Source: Eledone cirrhosa (taxonomy: Eukaryota). From it: 64,000 bases of DNA. Positions 37,184 to 49,762 of the stretch are shown piece after piece (position 1 is the first letter of the stretch; each line of letters opens with the position of its first letter). The stretch spans positions 209,436,001-209,500,000 of the forward strand of contig OZ024740.1 in NCBI GenBank assembly GCA_964016885.1, given 5' to 3'. The notes beneath the pieces are model-generated. The model was given only the letters and a program-made list of their open reading frames with translations, did no database searches and was not told the DNA's origin. The position numbers were made by a program, and so were the translations under genes.

Positions 37184-37474
37184 AAAGTCAAACTTACAGT
37201 TCACGTGAAAGTGAAAGAGCGGCGTGAAATCAAAAGGAAACTGCGTATGTTTTCATAGCTTTTTACATCACTTAGACACGCCGCGCGGCATGAGATCTAC
37301 AAAACAACATCACCTGGCTTTCTTCTATGATTTATATCACTTAATATTGCACTTTAGAAATTATTGAACCTTCACAGTGATATCATTTGAGAGTGGCAGT
37401 TGGTTCATGTAAAGACTTCTGAAATGTCAGATGTTCACCATCGGTATAAAGTGGACGAAAACTTATAAAATACA

Positions 37475-37549
<75 letters not shown>

Positions 37550-37579
37550 AAATATATATAAATGTGTGTGTGTGTGTTT

Positions 37580-37730
37580 GTGGACCCGTAACTCCTGAGG
37601 GAGTCGAAGGAGCGTCGCATTGACATACGGTGTGTCGTATCTAGGGCATATTTTAAAAAACCTAGCTGAGCTCATCTCCTCTCCAGGTCTGAATGCAGCA
37701 GATTTCTTCTAGAGGACAGAGTGTGAGAGA
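37580..37730 (-). mobile_element. SINE family B tail fragment
   Basis: Reverse of ttcagacctggagaggagatgagctc...cgactccctcaggagttacggg. Confidence 0.7.
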
Positions 37731-39870
37731 AAATATTAGATATAAAAAATTAAAAACAATATTCAAGGGTGTAAACATATTGATGTGAATATATATAAAA
37801 AAAAAATGTGTGTATGTTTAAACTCGCGTGTGGGACGGGGCATGCTATCAGAGGCAAGATTTGAACTCAGAACATAAATGGACGTAACTCTGTCTTTAAG
37901 CATGTTGTCCGACGCTCTACCGATTCTTCCAATCCAATGTCTGTAAATGACATTGGATTGGAAGAAGCGGTAGAGCGTCGTAAATATATGTAAATATTAT
38001 TTGGAGCAATATTTTTCTATACACCCTTTTTAAGTTGACATGAAAAAAATGGTTGTGGTTTAGATTTTATTATAAGAGTTTATTTGTAGTTTTCTCATTT
38101 AGATTTAAAGTTGTACATAGGAAGGAAATGGGAAACTATGGTGGTCATGTTTTTCCCCTCTAGATATATTTGCTGTGAACAGTTTTATTAAACTTATCTC
38201 AACATTTTATCTCTAAGTACATATTGCTCCGGAAGTCATGAATCGGGAATGTTTCACTTTAGCTATATAAAATAACAGACAATAAAACGAAGGTAAATTG
38301 AAATTGGGATAAAAACTTGACAATTAAATGAAACGTTGGGGGCAAGTATTATCATTAAGGCAAGATTCTTTCTTTTCTGGTACTCATGTCCATTTGTTTT
38401 GACTTGTTGAACTCATTCAGTAATATGCTGCAAACAGTCTGTTGCGAGGGAGCAACTCTGTATCGAACAGATTCACAAATAAATCATCTGGGGGAAATTT
38501 TCACGAATAAATCGTTCAGTTTATCGATTAAAAAAAAAATCAAAATCAAAATCAAAAGACAAAGATTTACAACAAAAAGCAAGTATCTTTTATTTTTATT
38601 TCATTTCAGTTCTATACTAAGCATACTAAGGCGAAACATCTATGAATGATGTATGTATAGCTTACAGTGATAATTTTAACAGCTTGTGTAATTCTAGAGT
38701 TAATTTTGTGAAGTTAGTTTACATTTCGTGTTAAATACTACATGCATTTACATGGTAAATTGTTGGTTAAAAGACTTAAAACACTCTTAAAATGTTAAAC
38801 ACGGCCATTACAAATGTTTCTCAGACTCAAAGAATATCAAACACTGGGATCGTGGCACCTGCCTCTAAGATCTGTGCAGTTCTAAAATTTTCTTAAACTA
38901 AACCCTGATATCTTAATGGTCTCTCTTTTATTTCATTTCATGGCAATGCTGCTGATGATGACAATGACCTCTAAGTGGGTTGTTTACATTTCAACTGTGC
39001 AAGATATCTTAGACATGGAAAATATTCCGAGAAAAGTGTTCAAATATGTTGACGTCTGAATTTTCTTTTTGTTTTAATTGACTATCGTTAGTGCATTCCA
39101 CGTTGGAGGGGGTGTAATTTTCTACAGATATTTACGCTTGGTCGTTGCTTAACATAGATTGTGGGAGATGATAAAAACATAGGACTGAAATTGTTGGTAC
39201 TGTTTGTTTTTATTTAATGCCAGTATGGATGAATAAACATTGAGTTTATGTTACTACATAAATACAATTTTCATATATATATATTTATTTGTTTTAGATC
39301 GCATCACATGGATACGAGAGGCTAAAATAGCTATTAAAAAAACTGTCTAAATCATTAGTTTTTCTGTATATCCTGTTAGGATACATAAAATTAAGATTTA
39401 AAGTATACCAAAATAACTCCAGTATTATTACATGGTGATTAACATTGGGGTTATTTAAGGCTATCTTAATATCTAATATATTATCAAGAAACGTTGTTGC
39501 CTGGTGTTGTTATGGAAAATAACATATATCTAAATTGGTTTTATCATGACTTGACTTTCATTTGTTATTTTTACAACAAAGAGTTTAGCATATACACACA
39601 AAATTTAGCATTTATATCCAATTTCACACCATGGAGATTAACTTTTTGAAGTGAACCATTAAAGCAGATGCTATTATGTTTTGCTTTATACTATCAAGTT
39701 GGCTTATACACATTATATATATATATAGTCACTTATATATTATGAAATACTGTTGGCTTCTTGCTCACATTAATTTCTCTATTTTCATTTATATATATAA
39801 TACACATTATATATGTGTGTGTGTGTGTGTCTGTATGTAAGTGTGTTTGTGTGTATGTGTATATGTGTGA

Positions 39871-39904
<34 letters not shown>

Positions 39905-40509
39905 GTGTGTGTGTGTTCACATATATATAAACATCGTATGTATGAAGGCTTCTCTTCAAATCATATTCAAAATCATGGTTTTCATTTGTTTTTATGCTGA
40001 GTTCTCCATTTTGGTTTTTCACCGTAGAAAAGGAAAACTCAGCTTCGAATAAACGAAAAAAAAAAAAAAAGAGAACCCGCTACTTATGTGTTGAGTTCTT
40101 TCTTTTTTTTACTCTCGATTGTAAGCCTATACGCATCTATCTGCCTGTATATTATTTAGGAGGCGGCGAATTTTCTCTCTTTCGGGAAGAAAGCTGCAGT
40201 ATTGAGACATGGGGAGGGATGAGCTCCGCCAGGTTTTAAGATGTTAGAGACATGCTGTATGTCACAATGGCACCCTTATGACTCCATCAGGTGTGACACA
40301 TGAAAGATGAGTTGCTTTTCATGATGCAAGGATGGGGCAATTAAAACACTAATGTAGATGGAGAGATGCAGGTAGCTGCAAGAGAAGTGAGCTACAGAAG
40401 TGATCCGATGTTCTCTAAAACTGTTTGTCAGTCTCTAACTAGTTTCTCCAGATCAAAGTGATCTGATATATTGGACATCTGAATGATGCTCTCAAATACT
40501 GTTTGTCAA

Positions 40510-40950
40510 TCATGGCTTGGATGCTGCAGGCTTCCCCTCTCAGCTCAAGCCAGTAGAGCTGGAGTGAGGGGACGGCAAAAGGCGAGATGGCAAACCCCTC
40601 ATCTGGGATGCCACTTGCAGCGACACATTCTCCAGTTGCAACCTCGTGCAGTCTACGACTAACCCAGGTTCTGCTGCACTTTTGGAGGTTAAACTCTCTA
40701 AGTATTGGTTTCTCTCCAACAGGTTTGCGTTCAAGCCCGTAGCAGTGGAGACTTCTGGTGTCCTTGGCCCAAGGGGTACCTCCCTACTTACCACCATAGG
40801 CATTGAGCTGGCTAGCCGCAGGTGTGAGCCTCGCTAGATGGAATGGCTCTTCCAGCACATTTCCCTTACCATCCTTCGGGGCAACGCCTTCTTCATTCTG
40901 TCCGCCGAGGCTGTGAGGCGGCCAGCACGTGGGACCCCATTTGCTCATGA
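40510..40950 (+). mobile_element. CRE-clade LINE 3' end (RLE domain)
   Basis: GDGKRRDGKPLIWDATCSDTF..PGSAALLEVKLSKY..FKPVAVETSGVLGP..WLFQHISLTILRGNA; stops and a short deletion. Confidence 0.82.
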
Positions 40951-41432
40951 TACAGAGAGGGAGGGCGAGAGAGATGGAGGCAATTGCCAGTGGGCGTTTG
41001 GTTCTTCCATATTCAGACACATTTGTCAAACTAGGTTTTATGAAACAATTGTACCATAAATTAAACAGGCCTCTGACCACTAGAAAAGGAGAAGTAATTG
41101 AAGTGGTGTATGAAGTAATTATGGTCATCGTGAGAAAATCACTGCACTGTAATCATTTCTGACTGGTTTCTCCAATATAAAAGAAGCATGAAGTGGATTG
41201 ACTTGTAACAATATATCACTGGTACTTATTTCATTATCTCGAGAAAAAATGAAAGGCACAGTTAACTCAGCAGTATTTGAACTGGGATCATATTTGAATG
41301 AAACTAAATACTGCACTAAATTCTGCCTTTTCACCCCCATATTTAAATTCATATTTCATATTATTAAGTCTCTCTCTCTCTATCAGATATAGAAGATGTG
41401 AAAAAGAAAAAAAATATATTTTCTATTATGAT

Positions 41433-42883
41433 ATCATCATCATCATCATCATCAGCGTTTAACGTCCGTGTTCCACGCTTGCATGGGTTTGGACGGGGGT
41501 AGTCCCACTTGAGGCAAGAGTGATTGTCTTGCTCGCATAGGACTGTCTGGCAGGTTTTCTACAGTTGGATGCCCTTCCTAACACCAACCACATTTACAGT
41601 GTGGGTCTGGGAGGTTTTTACCGTGTTGCCTACACGGCCACATTACAGCGTGGACTGTGTGTTTTTTTGTCGTGACACCTACACGATCTCATTTGTTTCG
41701 GCCTCGATGGCGCGGCACCAACATAACTTTACATAGAACGGGGTGGTGTGGATCGGGTGGGGGTGGTGGGACGGGGTGTATTTGTTAGAGATGCCTACTG
41801 GCTGGAGTAGGTTTTACTATATATTTAGGTAAGGCGGGTCTTCTCTGTTACTGAGTACCGCCAAAGGTCTCGGTCCAGTGACATTGTCTTGGAGAGGTGT
41901 AAGTGTGTGATGTCGGAGTTTATCAGCTCGTCCCAGGTTTTTCTAGGTCTGCCTATTCCGTGACTACCGTCTATCTTTATTGCCCTGCACTTTGTTATAC
42001 AGCTATCGACTTTCATGCGCATCACGTGTCCATACCAACGTAGCCTTCTCTCGAGTAAACAACATCTGATCCCTCTTATCTCTAATTTATTCCTTAGTTC
42101 GTTTATGCTTTGCCGTTCACGTATATTACTGTTACACATCCAGCGGAGCATGCAAGCTTCGTTCCTCTCTAGTCTGCGTATATCCTCTGCACACAATGCC
42201 CAGGTCTCACTGCCATGCAGCATTGCTGTTCGTATGCAGGCATCGTACAACCTGCCTTTCATTTTTAGTGAGAACCCTTTAGCAGCTAATAGTGGTATAA
42301 GCTCTCTGAACTTTTTCCAACCAGTTCTGACTCTAGCTACAGTACTTTCAGAGCACCCTCCCCCACTGCTGATTTTATCGCCCAGGTAACGGAAGCTGTC
42401 CACTATTTCTATAGAACCCTCTGCGCAATTGAAAGAGCTAGTAGTTTGTGGGCACTTGCTGCTACTTATTGCACCAGAGCACCGGCCACATGTAAAATCT
42501 ATGTTCTTAGTTAGCCTACCTGTGATCCCACTACATCTTTTATGCACCCATACTTTGCATTTAGGACATAAAATGGAGTTTCTACCTACGCCTTTCCTAC
42601 ACACCGAGCACGACCATTTCCCAGAAGGGACCGCCGCCTTGTTTTCTTTCCTACAAACTAGTACTTTGGTCTTAGCCAGGTTAATTTTAAGTCCTTTTGA
42701 CTCTAGGCCGTGCTTCCATGTTTGGAATTTCTTCTCTAGCTCGGCCATTGATTCCGCTATGAGTGTCAGGTCGTCTGCGTATAGGAGTTCCCATGGGCAG
42801 CCTGTCTTGAACTTCTCTGTTATGGCCTGAAGGGCAATAATAAATAGTAGTGGACTGAGAACAGAGCCCTGATGGACGCCGAC
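41433..42883 (-). mobile_element. 5'-truncated RTE-clade LINE with ~390-nt 3' UTR and (GAT)n tail
   Basis: Open RT-containing frame followed by a UTR ending GGACGTTAAACGCT(GAT)n; CpGs retained, suggesting a young copy. Confidence 0.93.
41825..42883 (-). CDS. partial RTE reverse transcriptase ORF (353 codons, no start; 5'-truncated TE, not a host gene)
   Basis: The frame upstream of the listed Met reads VGVHQGSVLSPLLF..ELLYADDL; downstream FRYLG, HGSETW, RLRWYGHVMR, GRPRKTW. Confidence 0.85.
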   Translation of the reverse strand, partial: VGVHQGSVLSPLLFIIALQAITEKFKTGCPWELLYADDLTLIAESMAELEKKFQTWKHGLESKGLKINLAKTKVLVCRKENKAAVPSGKWSCSVCRKGVGRNSILCPKCKVWVHKRCSGITGRLTKNIDFTCGRCSGAISSSKCPQTTSSFNCAEGSIEIVDSFRYLGDKISSGGGCSESTVARVRTGWKKFRELIPLLAAKGFSLKMKGRLYDACIRTAMLHGSETWALCAEDIRRLERNEACMLRWMCNSNIRERQSINELRNKLEIRGIRCCLLERRLRWYGHVMRMKVDSCITKCRAIKIDGSHGIGRPRKTWDELINSDITHLHLSKTMSLDRDLWRYSVTEKTRLT

Positions 42884-43468
42884 TTATAATCAGTAGAATC
42901 CATCAATGGGTGTTCAGTTCTATTGAACTTTCCAAATTGAATGAAATGGATGTTTTTGTACTCTTTTAGAGGAATGTAGAGTGAAGTTATTCGAAATATA
43001 AATGGAAATAGTCACTGGCTGTTTTTACAATTTTTTACATGGTTACTTGATGTAACCCATATATCTGTTTCACACAGACAGACAGACACAGAGTTAAATA
43101 CCTTAAATATTGGACAAAATGTCTTGGGCTATTTAGTTACAACCGCTTATGTCCTGAGTTCAAGGTCAACTTGTCTTTCATTCTTTCAGAGTTGAGAAAA
43201 TAAATTACCAATCAAGTACAAGAGTCAATTTGATAAACTAATGATCATTTTTTAAATGAATTTTCATTTCTGTGAGAAACTGCATTTTTAATTAAGAAGT
43301 AAATAATTCTTTTTAAGAAGGAAGATAAAAGTATGATGTTATGGTTGTATGACAAGTGTGGTGGGATTTGAAACAGTAATGAGTGTTGTGACCTCTGATA
43401 GTATGGAGGGGCATACTGTGATGATGAGAACAGCCACTAAGGAGTTATCACTGGGTGTCAGGATTTAA

Positions 43469-43676
43469 CCTTTTAGCATTTAAACTGGCCATATCAGGCC
43501 AGAATTTTCTTACTTCTTTCTGTTCAAACTGTCCGTAAATGACTGCTCATACTGATTTTAAGACATTGTTCTCAAAATAAATAACATCAAAATCACATAG
43601 ATTCGATATTATGTAAGATAAAGCCTTTACCACAAAAATACAATAGTATTTATAGAGTAATGTAAATGCTAAAGGG
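43469..43676 (+). mobile_element. TTAA MITE family 1
   Basis: TTAA flanks and TIRs. Confidence 0.92.
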
Positions 43677-44874
43677 TTAAAAGGGATGTTAATGGTCCTG
43701 GATAGAGTGAATGAAGGAGTAGGATTTATTTTGATAGCTTTCTAGTACATCATGTATTTGAATCTATGACCTATGAGCAGATTGTATAATTACTATCATG
43801 TTTCTTCACTAAATATTGATATTGACTGATAGTGATCTGTGCACTTTACCTTTAAAATTGGTAGACTATTGACCTTCCTTATATGCATTTTTCATAGAGT
43901 TAGGATGGTAGAGATATTGCAAAAACTACAAAACCAAGCCAGACTACTTACACCCTTATATGTCTGTTTACATCATCCATCCTGATTAATTTTTCAATCT
44001 TCCGACCTCCAACCTCCTTTCTCTCCTAACTTTACTCTATTCTGATGAGGGACTAATGTCTAATACATTGATAAATTATTTTTTATTTACCCTCAAGCAT
44101 AAAACTAATAAGACTTTGTGTAGTTGTTCTCTGAGTTTGCCTTTTTTAATCTTGAATTAGATGAATTGTAATATATGTTTAAAACCCACTTTAAACCACC
44201 CCTGGGTCTATGATACAAAACTGTATTTTAAAGTGTTTCTATTTATCCAAAGACCCTTTCATTGTAATTTTATGTAAGTTCCTTTATCAAGATATGTCCC
44301 AAACACAATAAGTAGCGACAAAGTTAGTTATATTAGTAAATCTTTTTAGATTCTTGATTATTTAAAAAATTATTCGAAAATTATAGGTTAAAATTTCTTT
44401 TCACTCTTCTGAAATTGATAAAGTACCACAGACAGATCTGACATTTAGTATAAACCCCATCTCTTAAAAAAAAAAAAAATAATAGTAATAATAAAAGGAA
44501 AACAAAATCAAAAGAGACATGTGTCAAAGATAAAAATCAATATTATATATTTTTATAGTCACTCAAATATGAGACATAATGACTCATCACAGCTTCTAGT
44601 ATAGTTTTCGATGTTGACATAAATTTAACAAACCTCCATCACCCACACTGTAATTATTCTAATAATTTCCTATGTTATTACTAATTTCCTTGTAATGTAC
44701 ATACACGCGTAACTGTATTTCTTTTGTCCTTCCAAACTTTTAACAACTCTACAACCATTTCTCTGGTTTTCTTGCTAAGAGTTACTATACAATGAAGCAG
44801 TTGTGATCCTCTTGTCCCTTCTGGTTCAGCTATATCCTCCATTCAAACCATAATGATGAGATATGTATAAAGCA

Positions 44875-45120
44875 CACAGTCTACCTTGTAAGGTGGTCGT
44901 GCTGGTGACACAAGAAAGAAAAGCACCCAGTCCACCCTGTAAGGCGGTCGTGTTGGTGATATGAGAAAAAAAATACCCCACTCAGTTCACCCTGTAAGGT
45001 GGTCGTACTGGTGTCATGACAAAAAAATGCCCAGTCCACCCTATGCTGGTGACTGAAAAAGCACCCAGTCTACACTGTAACATGGTTGGTGTTAGGAAGG
45101 GCATCCAGCCATAGAAAACA
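44875..45120 (+). repeat. tandem copies of the ~45-50 bp module ggtg.cac.aaaaaagcacccagtccaccctgtaa ending in ttaggaagggcatccagc
   Basis: The same module occurs in tandem at ~3020-3200, 4600-4930, 20000-20290, 34760-34980 and in the RTE 3' UTR. Confidence 0.7.
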
Positions 45121-45295
45121 AGCCTATACAGACTTACATATATATATATATATCATAATCATCATCATTTTTATGCCCGTTATTCCACACTTGCATTGGT
45201 TGGACGGGTCCTTCTCAGCATGGCATCTCTCCACTCGTCGCAATCCTTTGCCATCTCTTTCTCTCTCTCTCTTTCTCTCTGTGTTTGTGTAACAT

Positions 45296-45484
45296 TGGAT
45301 TGGCAGTATCGGTAGAGGGTTGGACGCCATGCTTTGATGCATAGAGTTACGGCTCTTTCCAATCTGAGTTCAAATCCTGCCGAGATTAACTTTGCCTTTC
45401 ATCCTTACGGGGTCGATAAAATAAAGTACCAGTAATGCACTGAGTAATTGCTGGCCTTGTGCCAAAAAGTAGAAACAATTATTT
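45296..45484 (+). mobile_element. full-length SINE family A
   Basis: A-box, B-box, central block, AAACAATTATT tail. Confidence 0.92.
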
Positions 45485-45964
45485 AAGAAAGTTAGTACAA
45501 TGCAAGTTAGAAATACACACACACATGCATATACATACATATACACGTGTGTGAGTGTGTCATTCTTCAGCAATATCCTCTGCTCTTTGTTTATGGGAAA
45601 GTAGATTAAAAAATAATTTCTTAAATCCATTTACTTATGATTTCTTGTACTTTTTTATTGTTATAATTATTATTAGTTTTGTTTTGTTATTAAAAAAAAA
45701 AAACTGCTTATCCATTCTCACTATGAATTTATATATAGTTTTCCTCGAGCAAAAAATAAAAAAATAAATAAAATCTTCCCAACTTCTTTCTCTTTCAAAA
45801 CTCTTTCAAAGTGGGTATATATAAAATAAATTATTTTCAGCAACACCCTTTGTGTATTTAATTTATTCAACTCTTTATTTTACAGTTTAGATATCCTCTG
45901 TCAATTATTTCCATTGAACAAAACATTTTCTTTTCTTCATAAGACATCTGTTCATCTCGTGTCA

Positions 45965-46068
45965 TGTATAACGATGTATGTACGTGTGTGTACGTGTGTG
46001 TATGCATGTGTGTGTGTGCGTGCGTGTATGTGTATGTATGTATATGTGTGTATGTATATATCTATCTG

Positions 46069-46100
<32 letters not shown>

Positions 46101-46113
46101 GTGTGTATGTATT

Positions 46114-46150
<37 letters not shown>

Positions 46151-46230
46151 TGTGTATGTATTTATGTATGTGTGTGTGTATATATATATATGTGTGTGTG
46201 TGTGTATATATATACACACACACACACACA
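45965..46230. repeat. compound (TG)n/(TA)n/(CA)n microsatellite
   Basis: Low-complexity dinucleotide mosaic. Confidence 0.95.
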
Positions 46231-46419
46231 CTAGCTTCTCTTGTGGCAGCTGCTAAGAAATATTATGAAATGAAGGTATTAACAATTGAAAAGCTGGTGG
46301 TTAGTTTCCTTTCTGTAATTTACTGCTGAGTCACAGAAAAGTAGATGCTACCCAGCATAGTCAAGTAGCTAACTTGGATATGTCATTCACATTTATCAAC
46401 ACACAGCATTGTAGCAATA

Positions 46420-47215
46420 TTGATTTTTAATTTAGGCACAAGGCTATCAAATTTGGGGGAAGGCCAAAGTTGATCTGTCGACCCCAAAAAGTTGAAAGGC
46501 AAAGTTGATCTCAGCAGTATTTGAACTCCAAGTGTAAAAGCCACAACTAAATGCTGCAAACCATTTTGTCTGGTGCTCTAATAGTTCTACCAAACCACTA
46601 CACTTGTCCCGCTAATAATAATAATAATAATCATTGTTTCTACATTAGGCACAAGGGTAGCAATTTTAGGGGAGGGGAAAGTTGATTAAATCAACCCCAG
46701 TGTGTTACTGGTGCTTTATTTTATCGATCCTCATAAGGATGAAAGGCAAAGCTAACTTTGGCAGGATTTGAACTCTGAACGTAAAGGGCCGTACCTCTAT
46801 ACCGTTAAACATAATGTCCAACGCTCCACCACTTCTGGCAATCCACTGCCCTTAATAATAATTGTTTCTACATTTGGCACAAGGCCAGCAATCACCCAGT
46901 ACATTACTGGTACTTTATTTTATCGACCCCGTAAGGATGAAAGGTAAAGTCAACCTCAGCAGGATTTGAACTCAGTCTGTAAAGGGACGTAACTATGATG
47001 GAAAGTATGGCATCCGACTCTCTACCTATACTGCCAATCCAATAATAATAGTTGCTACTTTTGGCACAAAGCCAGCAATTTGAAGGGTAAAGGAAAGCCG
47101 ATTAAATCAACCCCAGTGTTTTACAAAATAATGTACCAGTAATGCACTGAAGGTCAGTTTAATTGATTTTTTTCCTTTCCTTCAAATTGCTGGCCTTGTG
47201 CCGAAACAATAATAA
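46420..47215 (-). mobile_element. pile-up of ~5 SINE family A copies (last fragment on +)
   Basis: Consecutive copies separated only by (AAT)n. Confidence 0.85.
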
Positions 47216-48055
47216 TAATTATAATAATAATAATAATAGATAAATAAAGAGTTTCAAAATGGCTCAGTCATTCAAGCAAAGCTTTAAAAAGCCATGTGCA
47301 GCTGCAAGGTTGTAGGTTTCTGTTGGAAGATTTCCTTCAAAAGCAGGTAAGAAGAAAATTGACAGACTTGTACTTCATGAAAACATTTACTTGTACTTTT
47401 TCTATCGACCTTGAAAGGCAAAGTTGACCTTGGCAGGATTTGAAATCAGAGCACAGAGAGCGGAACAAATATTCCAAATCATTCTATCCAATTTGCTATT
47501 ATGACTTTTTATGCCCTTTTAATAAATATTTTAATTTTTTCAGTTTCTCTAAATTAAACAAAAAAAATTCTATACTCCTCTTTTAAGAGGTGTAATTAGC
47601 TGAGAACAAATATATTTAATGACCAGCTCCAGTTCACTCAGTTGGTGATTAACATTAAGATGGACTGGTGTCATGTCCATGCGTAGTATTGTACTTTTAG
47701 TCACTTAATGCCTGTGAAACTGAGATAAGTTTCAGCCTGATGAGCCTCTAGGCTTAGGACAGACTAATTTGAACAACAATATACTGAGTGTGCTTAAAAC
47801 CCACTAGTTTTTATAACAATGATTGATAACATTATTTTTTGGCATGGTTATATATATATCTATTTAAGGTCGGTAAATAAGTACCATACTACTAGGGTCA
47901 ATTCTATCTCTATATCTCTTCCTCACTCTTTTTTCTGGAAGAAATCTGCTGTATTCAGACCTGGAGAGGAGATGGGCTCTGTCAGGTTTTAAAAAATGCT
48001 CTAAGAAACACCATATATCAATACAACTCCCTCAGGAGCTATGGGACCATGCATG

Positions 48056-48057
<2 letters not shown>

Positions 48058-48124
<67 letters not shown>
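48058..48124. repeat. (CA)n microsatellite
   Basis: Perfect run. Confidence 0.98.
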
Positions 48125-48126
<2 letters not shown>

Positions 48127-49231
48127 CCCAGGCTTCTTTAGTTTTCATCTTCCCAATTCACATACAAGGCATTGATCAGACCAAGGCTATAGTAGAACAG
48201 ACTATATAATTTTTGAATTAAATATTAGAGGTCATCCAAACATTTACAGGGGTTTATAGTTGATTCAATCCGATCAGGATATAAAAGGTTGAAAATAGAA
48301 TGTCTAGCCAAGCGAAACGAAACCAATGCAAGACATAATGATGGTTGATATGGTATCCAGAAGTAAACAGAACTGGCAGTTAATCAGTAGCTAACAACAT
48401 ATACACCTGCATAACAATCCAATTAACCAGTTTTGTTAGGTCAGCCGTGACAACATTATCTGTTAGTTAGATTATACAGCAGCTATCACTTATATTCATG
48501 CACTATCAAACCGTTTTACAAGCCACAAAAAGTACCAGGGTATACAACAATAATGAACGACACACATACACACACATACATATATACAATAGGTAATGCT
48601 GCTTTAAGGAGAACCATGTAATCATATATATAGTTTATAGTTTCTGTGGCTGGCTATTAGCTATTTGCAGTTCAAAAATCTCCTTCCCTCCCAATAAAAA
48701 CCACCATCAGAGAGAAGGAAGGGGAGAAAAATTCTGATGGATTGTTGTCTAAGAAAATAACAAAACTAATCTGAATAATAGGAATAAAAAGAGAAGAAAT
48801 ATTTCATTTATTAGGGGTAATTTGCACTAGCAATGCTTCATAAAAGTTCTTGGATTATAGCCGGCAGTGTCTGAATTAAACAGCCCCCCCCCCCCTGTCC
48901 ACCAACAACCCCCATACCATTAGTTAGCAATATTATAAAGTTAAGCAGTATAATATATATATAAGTACATACACACATGTAAGTACATAAACAACACAAG
49001 AAAACAATACAGTACACCGGAGATACATATTAATTTAATGCTTGATATAGTAGTAAAAGAGTTTTGATTACAAGGAATAATTAGGTAAATGTTGTCTATA
49101 TTTTCTTCACACATATAATTATATATATCTCTGATTAATTGATTATTTAATTAATTCTTTTGGGGTTATGAGGAAAAATTAGGTAAATTTTGTCTGTTTA
49201 TTCTTCAGGCTTAAAATTTTATATATACAGT

Positions 49232-49572
49232 GAAGGCATATGGCTTAGTGGTTAGAGCATTGGCCTTGCAATCGAAAGGTTGTGAGTTCAATTCTCAGAC
49301 CGGGTGATGTGTTGTTTCCTTGAGCAAGACACTTTATTTCACATTGCTCCAGTTTACTCAGCTGTAGAAATGAGATGATAGGGACTGGGGTCCCTATCAT
49401 TCCACTGCAAAGTGGTCGTGGAGGTGCCACAGCAAAAAAGCACCCAGCCCACACTGTAAATGAGGTTGGTGTTAGGAAGGGCATCCAGCTGTAGAAATCA
49501 AGCCAGAATCAGTTCCCATCCCACCCTTGCAAGCAGGGAAAAGCGGACGTAAAATGATGATGATGATGATGA
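49232..49572 (+). mobile_element. SINE family C, full length
   Basis: Same structure as the 28241 copy, (GAT)n tail. Confidence 0.93.
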
Positions 49573-49574
49573 TA

Positions 49575-49755
49575 CAGTGTGTTCAATTTTTACGCAAAGA
49601 TGTGTTCGTGAATGCGGCGCATAAATAAAAAAAAAATAAAAACCACATGCTTTATAGCGCATTATTTGCGCAAAGTGAATATTTAATAATATTTTTTCAA
49701 GAGGTGTTAAAACGAATTCGCGTTCTTCAAGTCCGCATAAAAAGCGAACAGACTG
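49575..49755. mobile_element. 181-bp Tc1/mariner-pogo type MITE
   Basis: TA|CAGTGTGTTCAATTTTTACGC ... GCATAAAAAGCGAACAGACTG|TA. Confidence 0.8.
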
Positions 49756-49762
49756 TATATAT

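Noticed and set aside
39985-40058. Imperfect hairpin gctgagtt...aactcagc as a pre-miRNA
   Set aside because: Too many bulges and only ~8 contiguous pairs; expected by chance in AT-rich DNA
42015-42830. 124- and 133-aa + strand ORFs
   Set aside because: Antisense shadows of the RTE ORF
47259-47352. ATG-initiated short ORF and strong CAG|GTAAGA donor
   Set aside because: The ORF stops before the donor and there is no convincing acceptor; insufficient support
47710-47760. GAAAC...CTGATGAG as a permuted hammerhead ribozyme
   Set aside because: Stems I and II cannot be formed; this is the tail of an old SINE also seen at 53520-53560
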